29,306 bases of DNA, from positions 1-29,306 of the IMG/VR virus record IMGVR_UViG_3300003375_000100; one strand, written 5' to 3'. Positions within the stretch are counted from its first letter, which is position 1; every line of letters starts with the position of its first letter. This document shows, one piece after another, positions 25,354 through 29,306 of the stretch. The notes under the pieces were generated by a model that had not been told where the DNA came from, made no database searches, and was given only the letters and a program-made list of their open reading frames with translations. Source of the stretch: a virus. Its lineage: Duplodnaviria > Caudoviricetes. Made by a program: the position numbers and the translations under genes.

Positions 25354-26160
25354 TTATTGTTGCATCGGTTGTTGCATGCCTTGTGGGATCATGCCGGGTT
25401 GTTGAGGTCTCGCCTGAGCCATATTCTGCGGTTGCATTAACGGTGCAGGCTGTTGCTGAGGTACGCTACCTACGTTAGCAGGTTGGTACATACTCTGTGC
25501 AATTTGTTGACGCTGTAGTGGGTTTAATAATTCACCAGTTAAACTGCCGGCGGCCATCTTCTTGATGGATCCACCGGCTTTAAACTTTTTTGCGGCACCA
25601 TCTATGTCGTCAATTGCGTCAATGCCTTTTTTACCGGATTTAGCCTTGGCCTTAGACTCTGCGTCAGCCTTCTTGTCGCCAGTGGGTGGGACCTTTTTGA
25701 TCTTGTCCTTTTCGCCTGCGGGCTTGCTTTTCTCTTTTTCTACATCACTTGCGCGGCTTGATGGGCGCTTTACTGCCTCAGACGGGGCCGATGCTTTCTT
25801 TGGCTCTGTATCTTTAATCTTTTTGATTTTATCCAAATCGCCTGCGTCTTTTTTCATCTCAATAGCGCCGCCGGCTTTGTACTTGCGGACGTTTCCGCCT
25901 TCTTTCTTAGCACGTCCGCCCTTGCGTAGCTTGCTGAGGTCCGTTTTTTCGCCGTCGTGTAACTGGTTATCGTGCATGCCAAATGCAGACTTAACTACCT
26001 TCTTGGCTGTCTTCTCGTCTTGCTTCATGTCAGCAAGTCCGCCCTCTTTATATTTTCCACCGGCGCACATGACTTTAGTCGTTCCGCCCTTGTGCATTAC
26101 ATTGACCTTGCCACCCTCTTTGAAGTGTTGCATTTTAGGTAGTGTTTTGAATCCGTCCAT
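25354..26160 (-). CDS. Lys-rich low-complexity protein with about eight xxxGG repeats
   Basis: FKEGG, MHKGG, MCAGG, YKEGG, LRKGG, KKEGG, YKAGG, FKAGG; Q/P-rich tail; AGGA RBS. Confidence 0.8.
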   Translation of the reverse strand: MDGFKTLPKMQHFKEGGKVNVMHKGGTTKVMCAGGKYKEGGLADMKQDEKTAKKVVKSAFGMHDNQLHDGEKTDLSKLRKGGRAKKEGGNVRKYKAGGAIEMKKDAGDLDKIKKIKDTEPKKASAPSEAVKRPSSRASDVEKEKSKPAGEKDKIKKVPPTGDKKADAESKAKAKSGKKGIDAIDDIDGAAKKFKAGGSIKKMAAGSLTGELLNPLQRQQIAQSMYQPANVGSVPQQQPAPLMQPQNMAQARPQQPGMIPQGMQQPMQQ

Positions 26161-26209
26161 TATAAAATCCTATAGGTTATTTTTGAAAAGAGGATGATCA
26201 GTCCTTACA

Positions 26210-26221
26210 TATACTAATGCA
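26210..26221 (-). promoter_or_regulatory. TGCATTAGTATA motif (copy 4)
   Basis: Identical to the copy at 174-185; intergenic between endolysin and the Lys-rich gene, on the coding strand. Confidence 0.6.
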
Positions 26222-26227
26222 AAATTA

Positions 26228-26746
26228 TTACTGTTTTTGCCCCAGGAAAAGGGCCCTTTCACGCTTGCGTCGGCCCTCCAGTTCAGGCGGTTTGTTCCAC
26301 AGTAGAAAGGCATCGGCCGCTCCCGCCAGATCCCCCTGGTTGATCTTTTTGACCACGGTGGATTCTTTGAAATGCGTCGCGCCTATGTTAAAACAAAGGC
26401 TGTACAGCGCATCGTATTGGTTTTGGTTGAGTGGCACCTTAATTGATTGGTTAACGGCCTCATCACACCACTTTAAATCGCTTTGTAGGAGATCTTCGAC
26501 CTGGTCAAGGGACAAGATAGCATCTTTTAGATGCGCCTCATCTGGCTTTATTAGATGCCCTACTCCAATGGTCATCAGACCTTTAGTATCGGCATATGCC
26601 TTGGTTTTGAATCCCTCTTCTTTAGTAACAAATGCCAAGGTTGATTTTGCTATTGCCATTATCTTCTCTTCTAAGTTTTGAATTTGTGGTTGCCAGGTGA
26701 TGAATACGTCAAGCACCAATAAGAGCGCCAAAAGCGCTTTTTTCAT
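26228..26746 (-). CDS. Endolysin, GH24 phage lysozyme with N-terminal hydrophobic segment
   Basis: EEGF...AYAD..G..TIGVGH (E-D-T triad), LNQNQYDAL.S..FNIG, W, RRKRER.LF; start reassigned to MKKALL at 26746. Confidence 0.9.
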   Translation of the reverse strand: MKKALLALLLVLDVFITWQPQIQNLEEKIMAIAKSTLAFVTKEEGFKTKAYADTKGLMTIGVGHLIKPDEAHLKDAILSLDQVEDLLQSDLKWCDEAVNQSIKVPLNQNQYDALYSLCFNIGATHFKESTVVKKINQGDLAGAADAFLLWNKPPELEGRRKRERALFLGQKQ

Positions 26747-26747
26747 A

Positions 26748-27239
26748 TTATAGTGTTGCAGATTTCTGCAGTAGTTTGTCTTTGGCCTGACTGCCGGCTG
26801 AGGACCCAAAGTAGAACGACATAATGGCCGTCCAGGCTGTTCCTAAGCTACCGAGCATAAGCAGGAGGGCATCGCTTGTCTTAAATGTCTCCATCATCAA
26901 TCCAACCAATATTCCAAAGAACCCGAGTGTGACCATTATAGCGAGGGCGGGAGGAATAAACGAGTGCGAACTCGTCTGCATATCCCTTGCCGACTTTCGG
27001 TCTGATACCGCCAGTTGCTCAAAGTCAAGTCCAAGCTCTTGAGCCTTGGCCTTTAATTGCACCTCAGCAAGCTGAACGCTTGCGATCTGATCCGATGTGA
27101 GCTTGCCATCATCAAGCATCTTTTTGGCGTCGTCTTGTGTTATGTTAAGTGCCTTTGCAACCGCCTCATACGCCAGTCCACCAAGTGGGCCACCCAGGCA
27201 TGTCGCTATTGTTGGGCAAATTGTTTTTAGCCAGTCCAT
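26748..27239 (-). CDS. Holin (GTA-type 3TM holin-like)
   Basis: PTIAT.LGGPL.G, DR.SAR, two hydrophobic helices, FYFGSS.GS; directly upstream of the lysozyme. Confidence 0.75.
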   Translation of the reverse strand: MDWLKTICPTIATCLGGPLGGLAYEAVAKALNITQDDAKKMLDDGKLTSDQIASVQLAEVQLKAKAQELGLDFEQLAVSDRKSARDMQTSSHSFIPPALAIMVTLGFFGILVGLMMETFKTSDALLLMLGSLGTAWTAIMSFYFGSSAGSQAKDKLLQKSATL

Positions 27240-27248
27240 ACTATTCTC

Positions 27249-27896
27249 CTATTTGCAGTACTTCGGCAACATGTCGGTCTCTTTAACCAGTCTCCAACAT
27301 TCAATCACCCTGGGGTCTGTTTCCCAGTTTCTTTCAAAGAACTCTTGTTCTTTTGCATTTGCTTTCTTGCGTGCCTCATAGTCTGTATGGATTGTGTACA
27401 TCACGCCAGACATTACGAAGCTTACGCACAATACGGCGCACATAATTGCAAACCGTAGGTGCCATTTATCTGCAAAGGCCTTACGTTTAATCTGCCTTGC
27501 AAGCTCGGCTTTTCTTTCCCGCTCTTCTTCTTTTGCTTTTTTAGCCCGTAGCCTGTCGCGTTCTTTTTGAAAATCTTCCCATACAGCCCCCAGTTCAGGC
27601 GGTGCATGATAGATTAACAACTCGCGTAGTTCAGTCTCAGCATTCTCTAAGCGCTTTCGGGCCAGGATATTATCGAGCGCTATAGCGCTATCAGATCTAT
27701 CCTTTGGCGGGTTCTTTTCTTTTTCTTTAAAATCTTCAATGGCTTTTTCTTGATGATCAAAGAAATCGCCGACATGCTTTCCCAGGTCTGATACAATGTT
27801 TTGCACATCGTGTGCAGTGCCTGATACTTCCTTGTATATCGCTACACCTTGCTTGATGGCACCAAAGGCCATCATAGCAAGTGATAACGGATCCAC
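27249..27896 (-). CDS. Hypothetical coiled-coil membrane protein
   Basis: MDPLSL start, charged helical region, one TM segment (FAIMCAVLCVSFVMSGVMY), short C-terminal domain with two Cys. Confidence 0.75.
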   Translation of the reverse strand: MDPLSLAMMAFGAIKQGVAIYKEVSGTAHDVQNIVSDLGKHVGDFFDHQEKAIEDFKEKEKNPPKDRSDSAIALDNILARKRLENAETELRELLIYHAPPELGAVWEDFQKERDRLRAKKAKEEERERKAELARQIKRKAFADKWHLRFAIMCAVLCVSFVMSGVMYTIHTDYEARKKANAKEQEFFERNWETDPRVIECWRLVKETDMLPKYCK

Positions 27897-28108
27897 TACT
27901 TAATTGTTATAAAGTGCGTCAAGTAGCCTATGCAGGAACTTATGCCAGATACGATGACCATCCCGGCCCAAAAACCACCCTTGGATTTATTGGCGAGTTC
28001 GATAAGTTGGCAGACAGATTGCTCCAACTTGTCGATCTTTTTCTCAAGTATCTCTACATTAGCTACCAGTTGACCGTACTTGAATAAATCAATTGATTCT
28101 GAGACCAT
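27896..28108 (-). CDS. Small coiled-coil protein with C-terminal TM helix
   Basis: YGQL.A.VE.LE...LANKSKGGFWAGM pattern. Confidence 0.75.
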   Translation of the reverse strand: MVSESIDLFKYGQLVANVEILEKKIDKLEQSVCQLIELANKSKGGFWAGMVIVSGISSCIGYLTHFITIK

Positions 28109-28485
28109 TACGCGCTCACTGTTGTTGCTGTAGGTGACGCAATAGGCGTAATGGATGTAGGTGTAATTACAGTAGGTTCTGTAGTTGTGATTGTTACAGC
28201 TACGGGCGCGGCTACTGGTGCTACGCTAACGGGTGCAGGTGCAGGTGCGGCCGTTGCGGCGGCAATAACTTGTTGCTGTATCGGGGAGATATTGCCAGTT
28301 GTTAATGCCGGTACGGCTGAGTCAGGCCTTGTTGGTGGTACTGAAGATACTGGGGCCTGCCCAAGAGCAACAACATGATGCGCTGAATATATTTCCTCCA
28401 GGAGTTGGATGAATTTCTCAATATCGGCCTTTGCTGTTGAGTCAAATGCTTTGAGGTGTGTACGAATTTCTTTTAAAAATGACAT
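28108..28485 (-). CDS. Hypothetical protein, Pro/Ala/Thr-rich C-terminus
   Basis: AGGAG RBS; coupled to downstream gene. Confidence 0.7.
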   Translation of the reverse strand: MSFLKEIRTHLKAFDSTAKADIEKFIQLLEEIYSAHHVVALGQAPVSSVPPTRPDSAVPALTTGNISPIQQQVIAAATAAPAPAPVSVAPVAAPVAVTITTTEPTVITPTSITPIASPTATTVSA

Positions 28486-28505
28486 GAAATACTCCTAGTT
28501 GAAAA

Positions 28506-29306
28506 TTAAGTTTTGATGATAAAGTTGATACCGAGGTATGGTGAAACAGTGTTAAACGCTGTATTTGATCCAGTATTGCTGTTAGATACTGTAATACCTG
28601 TAAAAGAAGTTCCAGTAGAACCTGAACTGTTAAAAGTTAAGTCAGCACTTTGATATCCAATATCTGAACCTGGAACTATTTGAGTAGTCGAATGGTGATG
28701 ACCATTGTCGCTAACAGTTGCTATGTGGGTATGGCTCGGTAAGTTCGCAGTCGCAATTGCAGTCTGTGCCGCGCCACCTGTTGCGCCGAGGGCTGTTGCG
28801 GATAGTGTGCCTGTAATTGATGACGATGATAGCGTTTGAGATACACTGACTGTGTATATACCAATACCGCCCAGTGTGCCGGAGATAAATCCGGTTACTG
28901 TTGTACCCGAAGCTATTCCGGTACCCGTCAGGACCTGATTTATTGCTATTGGGCCAGACGCGACCGCTGTCACCGTTAATGTTGTTCCGGATATTGATCC
29001 GGTAAAACTTGACGAGTTAGAGGCCGTTACGCCGATAGGCATAGACCCACTAAAGTTCGGCACGTTGAATGTAGTCGATCCATCACCGACACCAAACGTT
29101 GTGCCAATGATCGCGAACAGTGCCGAGTAGGTTGTTCTCGATACCGCCTGTCCGCTACAGAATAGATATCCTGATGGTGCAGTGGCCGCGGCCCACATCT
29201 GCACAGATCCTGTTATAACAGCAGATACCGTGGTCGTTGCCTTGGATGCCAGTAACTGCACCACGCCATTATTGTCCTTGTAGTACAGCTTTCCGTCTGT
29301 GTAGTT
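28506..29306 (-). CDS. Tail fibre protein with phage tail collar domain (5'-truncated)
   Basis: Frame is open to the window edge ([17 protein letters not shown]...); collar motif [37 protein letters not shown]; LPSHTH; PYL.INFIIKT. Confidence 0.9.
   Translation of the reverse strand, partial: NYTDGKLYYKDNNGVVQLLASKATTTVSAVITGSVQMWAAATAPSGYLFCSGQAVSRTTYSALFAIIGTTFGVGDGSTTFNVPNFSGSMPIGVTASNSSSFTGSISGTTLTVTAVASGPIAINQVLTGTGIASGTTVTGFISGTLGGIGIYTVSVSQTLSSSSITGTLSATALGATGGAAQTAIATANLPSHTHIATVSDNGHHHSTTQIVPGSDIGYQSADLTFNSSGSTGTSFTGITVSNSNTGSNTAFNTVSPYLGINFIIKT

Noticed and set aside
25562-26197. 211-aa hydrophobic plus-strand ORF
   Set aside because: Antisense mirror of the Lys-rich gene; Phe/Leu/Ser richness follows from complementing Lys/Glu/Asp codons
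26217-26681. 154-aa plus-strand ORF
   Set aside because: Antisense to the lysozyme; no supporting signals
26747-26809. Upstream extension of the lysozyme ORF
   Set aside because: Overlaps the holin 3' end; ATG at 26746 lies directly after the holin stop
1-29306. Stop-codon reassignment, introns or inteins
   Set aside because: Genes tile densely in the standard code with all three stops used; RNR and PolA are uninterrupted and of ordinary length

Overview
A 29.3 kb segment of a tailed dsDNA phage, inferred to be podovirus-like from its injection-protein and tail-adaptor gene set. It has two convergent arms. The + arm (1-11032) carries tRNA-Pro(TGG), a terminase-small-subunit-like gene, an endonuclease VII-type nuclease, an APSE-like replication set (DUF2800 nuclease, DUF2815 SSB, family A DNA polymerase), a class II ribonucleotide reductase, a run of small mosaic ORFs and a probable split RNA-repair set (metallophosphoesterase, Rnl1-type RNA ligase, P-loop kinase). 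The - arm (11020-29306) carries a tail-collar fibre, a lysis cassette (holin, GH24 lysozyme), small Lys-rich proteins, tail/adaptor proteins and probable ejected proteins, ending in three genes with effector-like domains. Best leads: (1) a recurring [F/Y/M]xxGG peptide tag on putative virion cargo proteins and at their module boundaries; (2) a pseudoknot in the SSB leader; (3) a four-copy intergenic motif TGCATTAnTATA; (4) a structured ncRNA candidate after the tRNA; (5) small ORFs that look shuffled at short shared linkers; (6) the RNA-repair module. All family calls come from motif recognition by eye; no database searches were run.
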